Below, in pieces: positions 13,020-26,109 of a DNA stretch of 64,000 nt. The notes beneath the pieces were generated by a model. It was not told the DNA's origin. It did no database searches and worked only from the letters and a program-made list of their open reading frames with translations. A program made the translations under genes and the position numbers. Within the stretch, counting starts at the first letter, position 1; each line of letters starts with the position of its first letter. The stretch comes from Botryllus schlosseri (Eukaryota), in contig CM119372.1 in the NCBI GenBank assembly GCA_051294905.1, positions 11,100,001-11,164,000 of the forward strand. The letters run 5' to 3'.

Positions 13020-13954
13020 CAGTGGTTCTCAACATTTTCGGCCTAGCCGCACCCTCTCGAAGGGAAAATTAGTTTGCTGCACCCTATAGCACTTCAAGTA
13101 CCCTCAGTGGCGAGTAGTGTAGCGGACTTTGAGTCCGACTCCAGAATCCATACCTAAGTGTTGGAGGTTTATCTAGGCTCCTCCTCCCCACCCGTTCTCC
13201 ATAAGCAGTGTCTTAAAAATAGTCTGGAGCGAACGTGCTATATGTTGGCATCTCAGGAAAGGAATCATAATCACCAATATCGCTCTGGTGTAAAATGACC
13301 ATAGATGCCAAAGATTGGCAGGATGACTAAAAAAGAAACAGCTAGTACATCGGTCTGCGTCATGTCACTTTCCCCCCCGCTTCTGATGGAGGAGACTGGA
13401 AAAGGTCAACAAATTTGGCCGGACCTCCACATCATGACCCAATTTCCCGAGTGATGACCTTTTATTTGGTATACCGTACCGAATGTTACGATATGTTGGC
13501 GAGTAAGCATAGCACCCCAATTGACAGTGAAGGCCACGGTTTGATTTTTAGCATAGTGAGTTCTGTAGCGTCGGAGGTTTATCGGAGATAATCAACCCCA
13601 ACGTCGCTGTGCACACAGCGTCTTTACAATATAAAACCCAGAGAATTACCCTATCAACGACTAATCCCAGGAAGATAATGACACGAGCGATGGAGATCGA
13701 ACACTCTCAGTAGGCTGAGGGGGATGCCAGATTGAAAGATTGTACTTGGTCGTTTCGACATCCTCATATATGTTCATTGCATCGCATTGTTGGTTACATT
13801 GTGTGTCTTCAGTGGTTAAAAATAATAGAGCCACTGTCGTTTCTGCACACTCTGAATTTGGATTCCTTATTTTTGTTATACGTCGACCATGATAACCACA
13901 TTTTCTCGCGGCAACCCTGAGCAGTCTAATTGGCACACTGGTTGAGAACCACTG
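13020..13954. mobile_element. hAT (Charlie-type) MITE containing a decayed SINE at about 13107-13310
   Basis: TIR CAGTGGTTCTCAAC / GTTGAGAACCACTG; TSD degenerate. An internal segment matches the SINE at 63261. Confidence 0.75.
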
Positions 13955-14011
13955 TACGGTACCAATCTTATGACTGTACGTACGGTACATACTAGTATGA
14001 TTTCTCAGGAC

Positions 14012-14431
14012 TAGGGCTGGGCACAATGATTCGAGTACTCGAATCTGAATCGAGTATTAATCCTAATGATTCGAGTCGAGTAGTAAGAGGTGATTTTTTC
14101 AAGTACTGAAATCGTACGCTCCAAGTCAATAACAGTAAATTTATCAACGAAAATTATAATTCGAAACCATTTTCCACTCAGGAAGCCTTGAAACTTCGAT
14201 TAGTCGTATTACAGCATACGTAACACGTATTGCAAAGCTACAAATTACCTTTACATGGTGTACGACTGGCTTTATATTATTTGCGGTAGGATAAAATTCA
14301 TATTTGAATTTTGTCATCTCCCATACAGATGTGACGTCATAATAACTGATACTCGATTACTCGACTCGACCCGAACCAAAATACTCGATTCAGGATCGAA
14401 TCACTCAGGTACTCGATTTTGCCCAGCCCTA
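14012..14431. mobile_element. hAT-type MITE, 420 bp
   Basis: TIR TAGGGCTGGGCA / TGCCCAGCCCTA; TSD CTCAGGAC; ACTCGA subterminal repeats. Confidence 0.92.
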
Positions 14432-14807
14432 CTCAGGACCACTAACTTCAAGTAGAGTTAAATCATGTTACAGGGGTCGGCAACCACTGACACACATGTC
14501 ACCCGATGATTTTTTTATGGCAGTCCAAATTGATGCACATGATATATCAGAACCATGTTTGTAGCAAAAAATGAAACAGAAGTTGTAAAAACTAAAAATC
14601 ATGATACCACCTGGGTGCTAAGTCTACAGTTCTACACCACGGCCAAATGCGTTCTATGATTACTTCTATACCAGTTCAGCTTTTCTCAAATCTACCTCCC
14701 TAGTTTTCTTGAATGTTCGACCGAAGGGCGTCAAAACCAATGTGGTTAGGTATAACGTGGATCTGAAAGCCGACGGAATAGTAACCCTAGTTAATAAATA
14801 ATCTTAC

Positions 14808-15065
14808 ATTCATATCTTTTCAATTTTTGTTCCATATACAAAGATCTTTGCCGATCTGTTTCCCAGGCAGACAAATGCTGCTGATGAGAGGTAACCATGC
14901 CATTCAACTCCCGGTCCCTGTCTTTCAATTCTGAAAGTAATGTGCGCAACTCCTTTCTTTGCTTTTCGATTGTGGATGCTTCCAATTCCTTTAACGTTAA
15001 CACTGCCCCATTGCTTCTATCTCCCGAGAAATCATTTGATCTTTTCGTAACCTTCGTATAAATCA
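14808..15065 (-). CDS. CCDC62: CCDC62-like coiled-coil protein, first identifiable coding exon
   Basis: Translation STIEKQRKELRTLLSELKDRDRELNGMVTSHQQHLSAWETDRQR closely resembles the recalled CCDC62 N-terminus (STIEKQRKELQLLIGELKDRDKELNDMVAVHQQQL). Donor T|GTAAG at 14807. The acceptor ATATCCAG| before 15065 is less certain. Confidence 0.85.
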
Positions 15066-15181
15066 CTGGATATTAGATCTATACCATAGGAGGTCAAAGT
15101 CAAATTTGCTCTTACAAAGCAATGGTAATGATGGCTAGAAATAATTGGACAAGCAACAATGATTATAATGTGAGTCTAGGA

Positions 15182-16594
15182 CAGCGGCTGGGAACCTATG
15201 GCTCGTGAGCCATACAGGGCTCTTTCGGGTATGAGATATGGCTCTTTAACAAATTTTTAATTTTGTTATAAATTTATCAATATTGCAGTAACTTGTTAGT
15301 AAATTTTCATTACGTCCAGAATAATTATTCTCGTGGCAGCCTAAACATGTCTTTGAGAGGTCAGGACCGTAGGGTATCCAGGGTTAGGGTCTCGTCCCCC
15401 TTCTCAAAATCCTCAAAGTTTTAAGTTGCTGAAGCGGCGGCGACTGACAGCACACGCGAATTCGATCCACCCGACATCGCGCACCTCGAAATTTTAGACT
15501 GCACGATGCCTTGATTGATCCAAGAGATTAGCAAACATGGTGATGCTTGAATGACTGCCTTGGAAGTGACATTCACAATTAGAAATTCAAATAAAAAACA
15601 ACGCCATAGCTATCCATGTTCTTAATTGGTAAGTAGCTTTCTAGTACACCGCTGTTAAAATGTAGGGTTACCATACTTTGGGAATCTGAGAAGAGGAAAA
15701 TTTTTCCTTATTTTCAGACTTACAATACTGGAGAAAAATCGGGAAAAATGGTAAATTTTATCCGAGTTTGTGGTTGGTTGACTAATAAAAAGGTCATCTT
15801 TCCAGCTAAACTCCCAAAATGCCGACTTCCTATGAGATTTTCCGTTGATTGACTGAAAAAAAGTCATTTTTCTGGCTCAACTCCCGAAAAGCCCCCGAGA
15901 CCGTTACTTCAGCGCTGATTTCCTATATCTCAGTCCAATTTTCACATACATTTAACCATAATTTTCAAAAAAGAGGACAAATTCTCATAAAAGAGGACAT
16001 TTAGGGGTCCTCCGAGGACACTTTCAATAAAGTCGAAAAAAAGGACGTATGGTAACCCATTAAAATGTAGCTGTGTAGCACAATGTTTTGTTACCCGAAT
16101 ACTGAAGAAGTCTATCAAGTCAGTGCAACAATTACATTCAATATCAGTGATTATAAATTCTAAGCTATTTACGGTGAATTGCGCTATCACAGGCGAGGCT
16201 TGGCCCGTCTGTGTCTCACCTGTGCATTACCTCTCCTTTCGAGCTTTATTTTTGATCAATAAATTTGAAAATTGCTTGATTTTGGGAGTCAAAATGTTCA
16301 AAATCCAGTCATTCATGAACATCAATAGAAAATACCAATAATAATCATTGAAGGTATCAATGTATGTAGGCCTACTACTGTAGTGACCATGTTTGGCTCC
16401 ACCTACACATGTGTGCAGAGAAAATAGGCTATGGCACGCACTACGAATTCCATGTATTAGTGCTATCAATAGCCTACATCACAAATTTTCAATTGTGAAG
16501 TAATAATTGATTGACATTCATGCTTCTTTAGGAGTTACATTTGAAAATATTGGGTCAATATGGCTCTTCAGTCGAAAAAGATTCCCAACCCCTG
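15182..16594. mobile_element. hAT (Charlie-type) non-autonomous element
   Basis: Termini CAGCGGCTGGGAAC / ATTCCCAACCCCTG; TSD GTCTAGGA/GTCTAGGT. Confidence 0.8.
15663..16059. mobile_element. Nested hAT-type MITE (AAAGAGGACA family)
   Basis: TIR TAGGGTTACCATAC; TSD TTAAAATG. Other copies at 31299, 58115 and 63731. Confidence 0.88.
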
Positions 16595-16820
16595 GTCTAG
16601 GTGTTTGTGTCTACGAGACAGACTGTCTTGGTATATTGATCTAACCAGACCAAGAACAAGAAGCCCAGTCAGTCGAGGAAGGATACCCAGAAATATACGC
16701 ATGCAACCTTCCGGAGTCGGATCAAAAAATGATAACACACAAAAAGAGCATCTAAAATATTTCGTTCTTTCTGGTATTATTATGGTCCAACAAAATAGAC
16801 CTATACTTGGTTGTGTGATA

Positions 16821-17582
16821 GGTTTCCAGTAAATTCGGCCACCGGTAAATTCGGCCACAGGTAACTTCGGCCCTCGGTAAATTCGGTCCTCGGTAAATTC
16901 GGCCAGGGCCGGGGTAACAATAACATTTACAATAACATTACCTAACCTTAACCCTAACCCTAACCCTAATCCTAACCCTAATCCTAATCCTAATCCAAAC
17001 CCTAATCCTAATCCTAACCCTAACCATAACCCTAACCCCAACATTACCTAACCCTAACCCTAATCCTAACCCTAATCTGAACCCTAATCCTAATCCTAAC
17101 CCTAACCTCCAAATCACTTGATAATAATATGATTATGTAATTAATTCACGTTAATAGTTGGTAATACATTTTTACACAAAATTCTCCTGGGGCCGAATTT
17201 ACCGATTGAATTCGGCCCTCGGTAAATTCGGCCCGTAAATATCCGCATTATCTGCGGTGACTGCTTGATATACGCACTCCCTGTCCTCCAAATCACTTGA
17301 TAATGATATTATTATGTAATTAATTCACATAAGTTGGTAATACGTTTTTATACAAAATTCTCTGAGGGCCGAATTTACCAGGTAAATTCGGCCATCGGTA
17401 AATTCGGCCCCTTGAATATCCGCGCTATCTCCCGCGATTACGCGATCTACACATACCCTGACCTCCAAATCACTTGATAATAGTATAATTATGTAATAAA
17501 TTCATGTTAACGGTTGGTAATACATTTTAATACAATATTCTCGGCGGGCCGAAGTGACCTACGGTCGAATTTACTGGCAACC
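16821..17582. mobile_element. GG..CC non-autonomous TIR element (MULE- or Merlin-like) with an internal telomere-like tract
   Basis: Termini GGTTTCCAGTAAATTCG / CGAATTTACTGGCAACC; TSD GTGTGATA/GTTTGATA. GGTAAATTCGGCC subrepeats and three internal repeats of about 180 bp. Confidence 0.8.
16938..17107. repeat. Telomere-like (CCCTAA/TCCTAA)n tract
   Basis: Direct reading of hexamer repeats; explains the GLGLGL ORF on the minus strand. Confidence 0.95.
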
Positions 17583-20003
17583 GTTTGATATACCAGTATA
17601 TGATTAATATGTTAGTAACTTTACTTTACAACACATCAACTATAAGCTTACTAGAAATTGAGGATTGTAAATGTGGTTGAGTTGATCAGGTACTGCACCC
17701 ACGGGTCCCCAGACTGGAATTAGTGGTTGTTTTGGGCAATAAGTTGCACGTGACAGAAGGGTTTCTGCCATAGAATAAATAAGGAATTAAATGGAAAGTT
17801 GCGCGTGACGTTTGCCACCAATTCCACTCTGGACGGGTCCTAGGTCCGCTAGGTGCAGATGCCACAATCAATAATCGTGCATGACCAAATCGAAATGATT
17901 CCCGGTGGGATAGGAATGACTGCAGTACATGAATTCAGGGCAAGTCTCATGCAATAGTCCCATCCCTAACACCAAACAGTGTGCTAGTCCCAAATAGATG
18001 AGGTGAGGGGGAAGAACTGAAGATTAATGAAAAACTGAGAATAAATTCAATACCGACGTCGCAATCAAGATCATTACAACTTTATTCTATTAACGTGGTG
18101 ATTTTCTAAATTATCGAAAACAATAAATATAGTTGCCTTACGCTTACCTCTTGATTTGTCGACAGTGGTGAAAGATTTGTCATTTTGTTGATCACCAGTG
18201 TCTTATACTGGTAATGAACATGACATCGATATCGCTTTCAAGAGTACATCCAGATATTTTGTACGCAGATGGACTAAACGCGTGGGCTCTTTCAGTCTGT
18301 CAACGACTACCAGCTCAGAGAAAACCCTCGCAGCCACTCAGGAAAAACTGGAGCCACTCGACATCGCCACCGCCATACTTTAAACCTGTCGGGTGTTTGT
18401 AAACAACCAAGCACCGCATAATCCGCGGGAAACAAGCTGAACGCGAGCGCCACCGTGCCGTAGTTCTCATCTTCGAGGATCCACAATACCTCAGCAGGAA
18501 GCATTTAGATCGAGTTATGAGTCGCAAAGCCATCAAGCTAATATGCCTTGTCAATCGTAGAGATTGCTCAACCCCGCATACTATAGTCTGAAAATTGAGA
18601 TTATCTATAGTTTTGAAGTCTGTATTTTATTGCATAAATAGAACACCACTCGCCTATAATTATACTCAAAGCATAGTCTTTATAAGATAGTCGTTACACT
18701 CCATTGTTCCCGGTGGTAAGTATTGGCGGGACAGCAGCACCTAGCGGTGGTTGTGTTAATCTTTATTTTGGGCGACGGTTGTCCTTGTAACGGCCCTGTG
18801 GATATACAGCTGTATCACTCAAGTATCAGTCAAGTACCAGCTGTATCACTTCCAGTATCGCCCAGGTATCACTCTGCAATAAGTTTCACTGCGTCTGGAT
18901 GCGCGAAATAATCTGTTATCTCTCAAATATCAGCTGTATCACCCAGGTACCTCTCTGCATAAAAAGTATCACGTCAAGACTACGTCGGGGATGCGAAATA
19001 GTCAGGTATCAGAACAAAATGGTATCGTCTTTTATCGAATTCGTGTCTAATATCGAAAATAATGCAGTACTGAAAATAACCGAGAATTCCCTTCAACCTC
19101 CACAATTTGTATTCTGTTCAATAAAGAGATTCGCTTTGGTTCCGTTTCATTTATAACCATATGTCTCGTATCAGTACAACAGCAATAGTAGCAGCAGATA
19201 TTTCCGAGGTACAACATCCGTGTATAAACAACACTATGTAGCATACACCTGGCACCATTTCGAGCTTGAAAATATAGTCCAAGAGAAGACTCAAGTTAGG
19301 TATGTTGCAATGACCCGATCATGACAAAGTCATCTTTGTACCAGTACTTCAGTGAATATAAGCTCCTACTGAATTATATTTCCTGATCACAGCTTTATGG
19401 TGCCCTTTTACATCATAATATTTTTCACAGAGGATAGTGGACAAATCAATGAATCTGGCAGGCAACTGATTTCGGAAATAGAATTCCACATTGTTTTTTT
19501 AAGAAAGTTAGTTCTGGATAAAAACAGGACAGCATTTCTTCGGCAGACGATTAACCTCCGTCTATTCAACAAGGCTATATGAATAATAACGATTTTGACG
19601 TTTTCTTGAATAGCCTACTCAAGCACCACCGATTGCTATTGCTTTGCATCTCACGCAGCATTCAAGAACGTGTCACACATATTCTAAAATTTCATCATGG
19701 AGATAGGGTGTTAATTGTGACGTTGTTTATCGGCATAGGACTGGACGTGTTGCAGGCAATCAAAACTTCGGCAATGTCGCAGAGTAGATAAGCAACGTCT
19801 TCTGCAGAATCCGAAAGTTCACCAGTTCGTCGGTCCGCAGACAAAGGTATCCTTTGTCCTGAATGTGAATATATTCTTCGACAATTTACGACGAGATGAG
19901 TAACATCCGATGGCCCTAAAATGAATGACCGAGCATATTAACAACAACAGAGCTGGCTATATTATTTGGTAGAGTGATTGCATCTTTATCGGAACTGTAA
20001 ATG

Positions 20004-20548
20004 CAGGGTTGTAATGACTCGACTCGAGTCACGATTTTCGGATGACTCGAGTTATTTTCTCAAAAAATGGAAAGACTCGACTCGAGTCAATCTGTGTATT
20101 GACTCGACTTGGACTCGAGTCATTGCGCATGACTCGAAGCAAGTCATTGACTCGAGATTCAGACGGCCAAGACCGACATTTCATTGTAATTTCGAAGCCA
20201 ACACACTATTGGGATTTCGTTTGTTGGTACTGGTGCTTGAAAATGCGACCAGAAACTGCTAAAAGTGAGGAAAATTGATATATTATAAATGCAAACCATT
20301 CAATATCACCAAACAGAGTTAAAAAAGTGGGTTTAGGAAGACTTTAAATGGAAACTGAGCAGTCAACACAATGACTTGGACTCGGACTCGAGTCATAATA
20401 TCATGACTCGGACTCGATCCTCTCTTCGCTGACTGGGACTCGGACTTGACTCGGTGGGAATTGAAAATGACTCGACTTGACTCGAGTCAAAAATATAAAA
20501 GTGAGATTGACTTGTGACTCGGAGCCTTGTGACTTGGTCACAGCCCTG
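20004..20548. mobile_element. hAT-type MITE (GACTCGAGTC family), uninterrupted copy
   Basis: Termini CAGGGTTGT / ACAGCCCTG; TSD TGTAAATG. Confidence 0.92.
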
Positions 20549-23276
20549 TGTAAATGGGAAATGGCATGAATACCGGTACTCATTGTAAACACGAAAAATT
20601 GTTTCGGCGAACGGCGCCATGATAATACTGTGGCTAGATAACGCATACACGCAGTCCTCACGTTATCGAACAATTCAATTAGCTCTTCATCTGATATATC
20701 CATCGCAAACATGAAGCATCAGTCTCTGGCAATATGTAAATAATGCTTGATATACAAATGCCTTCTTCCTCTTCGTCCTAAAATCGAAAATGTTCGGTGA
20801 ATGCAGGTAGTTACATTCTTCTACGTTTAATAACCGCAATGAGAAATGTATAAAAATCAAGTAGTAACAGATAATATCAGACAACCCCAAATAGAATGAC
20901 CAGCAATAGCAACAACATAAGGGTACACAACAGTTGGAGATGGTATATGATCAGTACTGACGTACGGTATCATTACTCGTTGTAAAAACAACAAATTTAC
21001 AATATTCTGGCGATCGATGCCTTCACATTATTGCTAAATAACGCATTATTATAATCAATACTTACATTACAAAACAATTCCATAAGCTCTTCATCTGATA
21101 TATCCATCGTAAATAGTAAAGATCTACCTCCGGCCGTAGGCAAATAATACCGAGTTGTATGAAACTGCTTCGATGTACCTTACCACCACTAGGTGCTGCT
21201 GTCCCGCCATGGAGTGTAACGACTATCTTATGAAGGCTATATGCTCAAAGTATTCAAGAAAGCTACTCAAGTAGAAGTAGAAGTAGTGACGAACAAATCT
21301 ACTCAGGTAAGAGTAGAAGTACTTCTTTAAAAGCAACCTAAAACTACTTGAAGTAGAATTGACTGACTTTAAATCTCCTCAAGTAAGTAGTTGTGAAAAC
21401 GATCGTAATTCGTTCTCAAGGACTGTCAAGAGCTGCAAATGGAGCTATGCATTCCAGGACGTGTCAATTTTTGACAGAATAAGCGGTCATCCATATCATA
21501 GGATGTAAATGATAGTATTCGTTTACAAACTAATTCTCGAGTTAGTTTCGTGATAGTCTCTTTAATTGGAGCGCGAAATAGAACAGTGTGTGTTTGTCTA
21601 TGCCAGCGAATTGAAAGTCATTGTTGCGCAAAGTGCGCTTATTCATTACCCCAACACAAAGCTTTGCTAACTTTGATCGGGAAATGTAGCAATGCAGGAT
21701 GCAGCTCAAACGTCGTTATAATCAGTAAACAGTTGTCGCGATGTCAGACTCGAAACCCTCATTGTGCTGTGCGCAAGTCGAGGAATTACTGATTAGATGC
21801 GCGCTTTCTCGTTTGCTATCATCTATATTCTATAGGCTACTAATTCCAGTCTGCTTTATACAGTCGTATTCCCTCGATGTCACTTGTCAGTGTTTGATTT
21901 GTTATTAATACTGCGCATTGCGCAGTGCACGGCGTTGAGTAGCCTAACGTTTTCAAAATTGATGCAACACGAGATTCTCGGTGGCGCAAATTCTGAATTT
22001 ATTCGATTAGTTTGAACGGGAACCTTCTATTTTCCAATCAACATCATTGCTAGGCGGACTCTATCGAGCGCAACCATATCGCGGATCGAATTTCAAAACT
22101 TTGGAATAAGGTCACGGCATGCGCCCATATTGCCCTTACTGCAATAAGACGTGAATAATTAAAAGCGCACCATTTTACGATCACATTCGACTGGCTGATC
22201 GGCGCCTACGTAGGCCGTAGGCCCCGGGGTGAAATTGACCAGCGCGTTGTCGGCATAAAAACCCCAGGTGCGTAGTCGGGGTGTTTCTCATTTATAACTA
22301 GAAAACCCGCGTCCTTTTTGAAATACCAATTCATTAATTCGTATTATCGATGCTGCGTACTGCAAATTAGCGAGAATCATGTGTATGAGAAATGAGTCAT
22401 CGATATATCTCATGTGCACTATCGTTGGTGGTTTCATTCATTAGAGCGTCCGCTTGCCAGTGTTGGGATCGAGTCACTACCTTCGAGTCACGAGTCATTG
22501 CACATTTTGACTCGAGTCAAGTCAAGTCAAGTCACGAGTCAAGTCAAAATTCAAGTCAAGTTGCCTTTTCGAAGTAAAAAGCATGGTTACGTCATTACAT
22601 TTCGCCAGCTGTCTGAATTACAGATTAATTGGTCATTTATTCTGAATCGACGAACGAATATAGAGTTAAATATACATGTAAAAAGGGGCTGTATCGCTTA
22701 GATATACGTAGAACTGTTAAACTGCCCAAGTAATTGCATAGCCTCGGTTTATATATAGTTACTCTAGTTACCAGCCAAAATAAAAAATAAAGAAACGAAT
22801 TGATAAGATGCAATACATTACCCATTTATGCATATTGATATGATACAATTCGTGTCTGGGCCATTCCCAACCTGGACAACAAAAGTTGGAACCACCACAT
22901 TCCCAAATCTTCTGAAATTTGGTACATGCATAGATGAGTTAATTTCGAACACAATAAAGTTTATTTGAGGAATATTGATCCCCGGGGTCAAAAGTTATGT
23001 CATTTTGAAAAATTGACGATTTTCTGCTCATTTCAGGTCTGCAGAATTCAGGTTTATCAATGTAAAATTCAAAAAGGTGTAAACAGATGTTGGATTACAG
23101 TTGAGATTTGGCACTGGGTTTTCTGAGTAGCTAGTATATTGGTCTATATTCTCATGTGGTATTGAATGCAATGCGGTGTAGTGTTAAAGGTTAAATTGAG
23201 GCGAAACTTGGTCGATGGTCTGAAATCGGTCAAGCGTTACACAATTTAGAATGCGAATTGAGCAAAACCTTATAAG

Positions 23277-24261
23277 TAGGGATGGTGTGAACCTCTAAAA
23301 GGTTCGGGTTCGTGTGAACGCGAACCTTTTTGAAAGGTTCTGTGTGAACGCGAACCTCGTGACGTCACGTGACGTCATATTGCTAATTCCAACCCTACAT
23401 TTCAGTGAAGTGATAGCGTTGCAATACCTAGCGACGATTCGGGCCATATAATGCCACAATGCTGAAATACCCATTGATGTTTTAAACGTCTACAGATGTA
23501 TCAACTGGGGCAATCAATTGATATAATCATCCCAGAAAATCAATATCTTGCGTCGCTTTGCCACGATTTCGACGAGAACTTGCAAAGGAATATAAGCTTA
23601 CGCCTTAACGGTCAAGGTCAGACCGGACAATGTATTCGACGTCCCGAGTAGTGCTAAGTTGATATTGAGCAGAGTGTAAAACGGGTTTCCCTACTTGCTA
23701 CCGATATTACCCCTTTAACAAGTTATGCAGCAGTAGCCGTCACCCCAATCCACGGAGTTGGTTTTTATGATACAATAAGCATATGAAATCGAGATTGACC
23801 CCGTACGCCTGCTACATTTTTTACATCAGACAACGATACCAATTTCATTGATTGGTTGGATAAGAGTCATTCACTGACTACCTACATGTAGTGTTTCTCT
23901 CTTGATGTTGTGTGATTGCGGGTCAAGCTCACAGCAGAGATGAGTCACTAAATATTCGCAAACGGAAAGCTGGATATTTCGAGCAAACAATTGTAACAAA
24001 GCAAGTAAAATGTTTGAGATTGTCAAGGTGCATGCTCGTTTAGTGTTGATTTTTATGCTGCCAGCGCCATGCATATACCGGGCCCGCAGCTGAAATGCAA
24101 TAAATTTCAACCAAAGATGCTATAATGAAGTGAAAATTGTAATATATGAAAAAGGTTCACAGTGCAGAACCTACCAAGGTTCGTTTGTGAACGTGAACCT
24201 CTAAATATCTGAGGTTCACACACAGAACGCGAACGTGAACCTCACGTTCACACCATCCCTA
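23277..24261. mobile_element. hAT-type MITE inserted in the left arm only
   Basis: TIR TAGGGATGGTGTGAAC; TSD CTTATAAG. The empty site is visible in the right arm near 27193. Confidence 0.93.
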
Positions 24262-24589
24262 CTTATAAGTATATTCCAGCGAGTAGGGTATCATATGAAA
24301 GCTGGTTACAAAGACAATTTTCCATAGCTTTTTCATTTTGGTTTTTTGACTGTAAGGTGGGGAAATCGCCATCTCAAGAGTACACTGCATTTGTACATGG
24401 ATAAATTGGATATGCTTAAGTTTGGAATACGGTAAACCGATGGTTCCCATACTTTTTTGACTCAACACACCTTGCTAAGCTCAACTTATATTCATCACTA
24501 CCCCTGAACACTATATGTCAATTTCCAACAACCTATTTGAAACCAAGAGCTGTTCCTTGGGTATATATTAATGAGAAATTTAAAAAAAT

Positions 24590-25690
24590 AACCTAACCGT
24601 TAACATCGCTGGTCAGCCCGTTTCCAACTCAGATAATGACAAATATCTCGGGGTTTTATTGGACTCGGACATGTCCTGGAAGAGTCATATTAAGTCCCTA
24701 GACACTAAATTATCACCGAAGTGCGGCCTGTTCTACGGCCTTGGACCCTTCATGCCAGCCTGGGTTCTTCTGATACTCTTTAAATCCTTAATCCAATGGA
24801 AGTTACAATATGGCATCCTTTGTTGGGGGGCTGGCAATAAAACTGCACTCGAGCCACTGCAAAAACTATAACATAAGGTACTCCGTATCATAGCTAGAGC
24901 CCCACAGGGGCCTGTTGGTCCATCCAACAAGTCGCTGCTGAAGAGATTCAGTGTCCTAAACATAGAAGATATGCAAAAACTAGAAATCGCCAAGTTTATG
25001 TATCAGTTCCACTGCGGTCGTTGCCCCGAATATTTCAATGACTTTTTTTTTACCTCGGAATCAAAAGCGTACAAGTACAACACACGCGCGTCCACGTCGT
25101 CCAAATATCATATGATCGACCGAAAAGATCATCGCTCCGTCAAATATGCCGGATCTGATGTGTGGAACAGTATCCCGCCGGCTATCCGACAGTCGACGAG
25201 CATGTCCAGTTGTCCACAATCAAGTCGAAATACAAGCAATTACTACTAAATGAATACTAGTCCATCCCCAAGCTTACCAGACCACGACTGACCTATCGAT
25301 CTCGCCTTCCATGACATGCCGCCCCATTTTTGTCGCTTGCTTTTTTCTATACTATCTTCTTTACTTTTCATTCAATGTGCATATACCTCCTCTTTACATC
25401 GCCTAGGCCAAGGTGGCTGTCCGATTTCATAGACTATTCCAAGTCGCTTCGACACCTTCCTACCTTTCATTGTATCGCATGTCTGGTGTGTATTGAGCTG
25501 ATAAAATTGCTAATAAACCAATGATTATGATGATGTGCATGACTCCTCTTTCCATCGCCTATAGGCCAAGGTGGGTGTCCGATTTCATAGACTACTCCAA
25601 GTCGCTTCGACACCTTCCTATTTTTCATTGTATCGCATTTCTGTGGTGTATTGAACTGATAAAATTGCTATTAAACCAATGATTATGATG
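24590..25690 (+). pseudogene. CR1/L2-like LINE 3' fragment (end of RT ORF and 3' tail, tail duplicated)
   Basis: KYLGVLLDSDMSWKSHI, LFKSLIQ.KL.YGILCWG and LEIAKFMY, with a stop and frameshifts. The tail ends AATAAACCAATGATTATGATGA. Confidence 0.85.
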
Positions 25691-26109
25691 AGAATAGCTA
25701 CCCATTGCTCCCGTCGTTTATCCGTCCGTTGCAAAATTTCTCAACTTTGACATTCATAGTTATATTTTTCAGCAGAAACTCTACCGATAGTGCCCTGAAT
25801 GTCAAGGTAAGGAAATTCAACATAGGTGCGGGCTAACGACGGAAGTTAACGACGGGAGTAACCAGGGGGTCACCAACTCAAAATGGGTCGCGGTCCACTT
25901 TTCGAAATTCCTAGAGGCCGCGGGCTTCAATATCGAGATAAAAATATTCAACGCTGGGGCCTCGGCAACGCAGTTTATTAACCGCGTTTGGATAACTCTA
26001 CATCAGTACAACCCTGTGCTAACATGGGTGACGGGCAAAGTTACCACAGAAGAAATAATATGTTAAATACAAAAACAAATACAAATACAACAATGCATGC
26101 ATGCACAGT

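Noticed and set aside
16568..17044. 158-aa GL-repeat ORF, or a true chromosome end
   Set aside because: It is the translation of a TTAGGG-like tract enclosed in a TIR element with a TSD, and it is interstitial.
18200..18350. Minus-strand LSGCEGF...SDIDVMF resembling a Mab21/cGAS-like nucleotidyltransferase motif
   Set aside because: Two in-frame stops lie between the motifs and another just after, and the canonical GS is missing. Too weak without a profile search.
20710..20725. In-frame TGA as possible selenocysteine
   Set aside because: No SECIS identified and no Cys at the equivalent position in the duplicate copy; simple decay is more likely.
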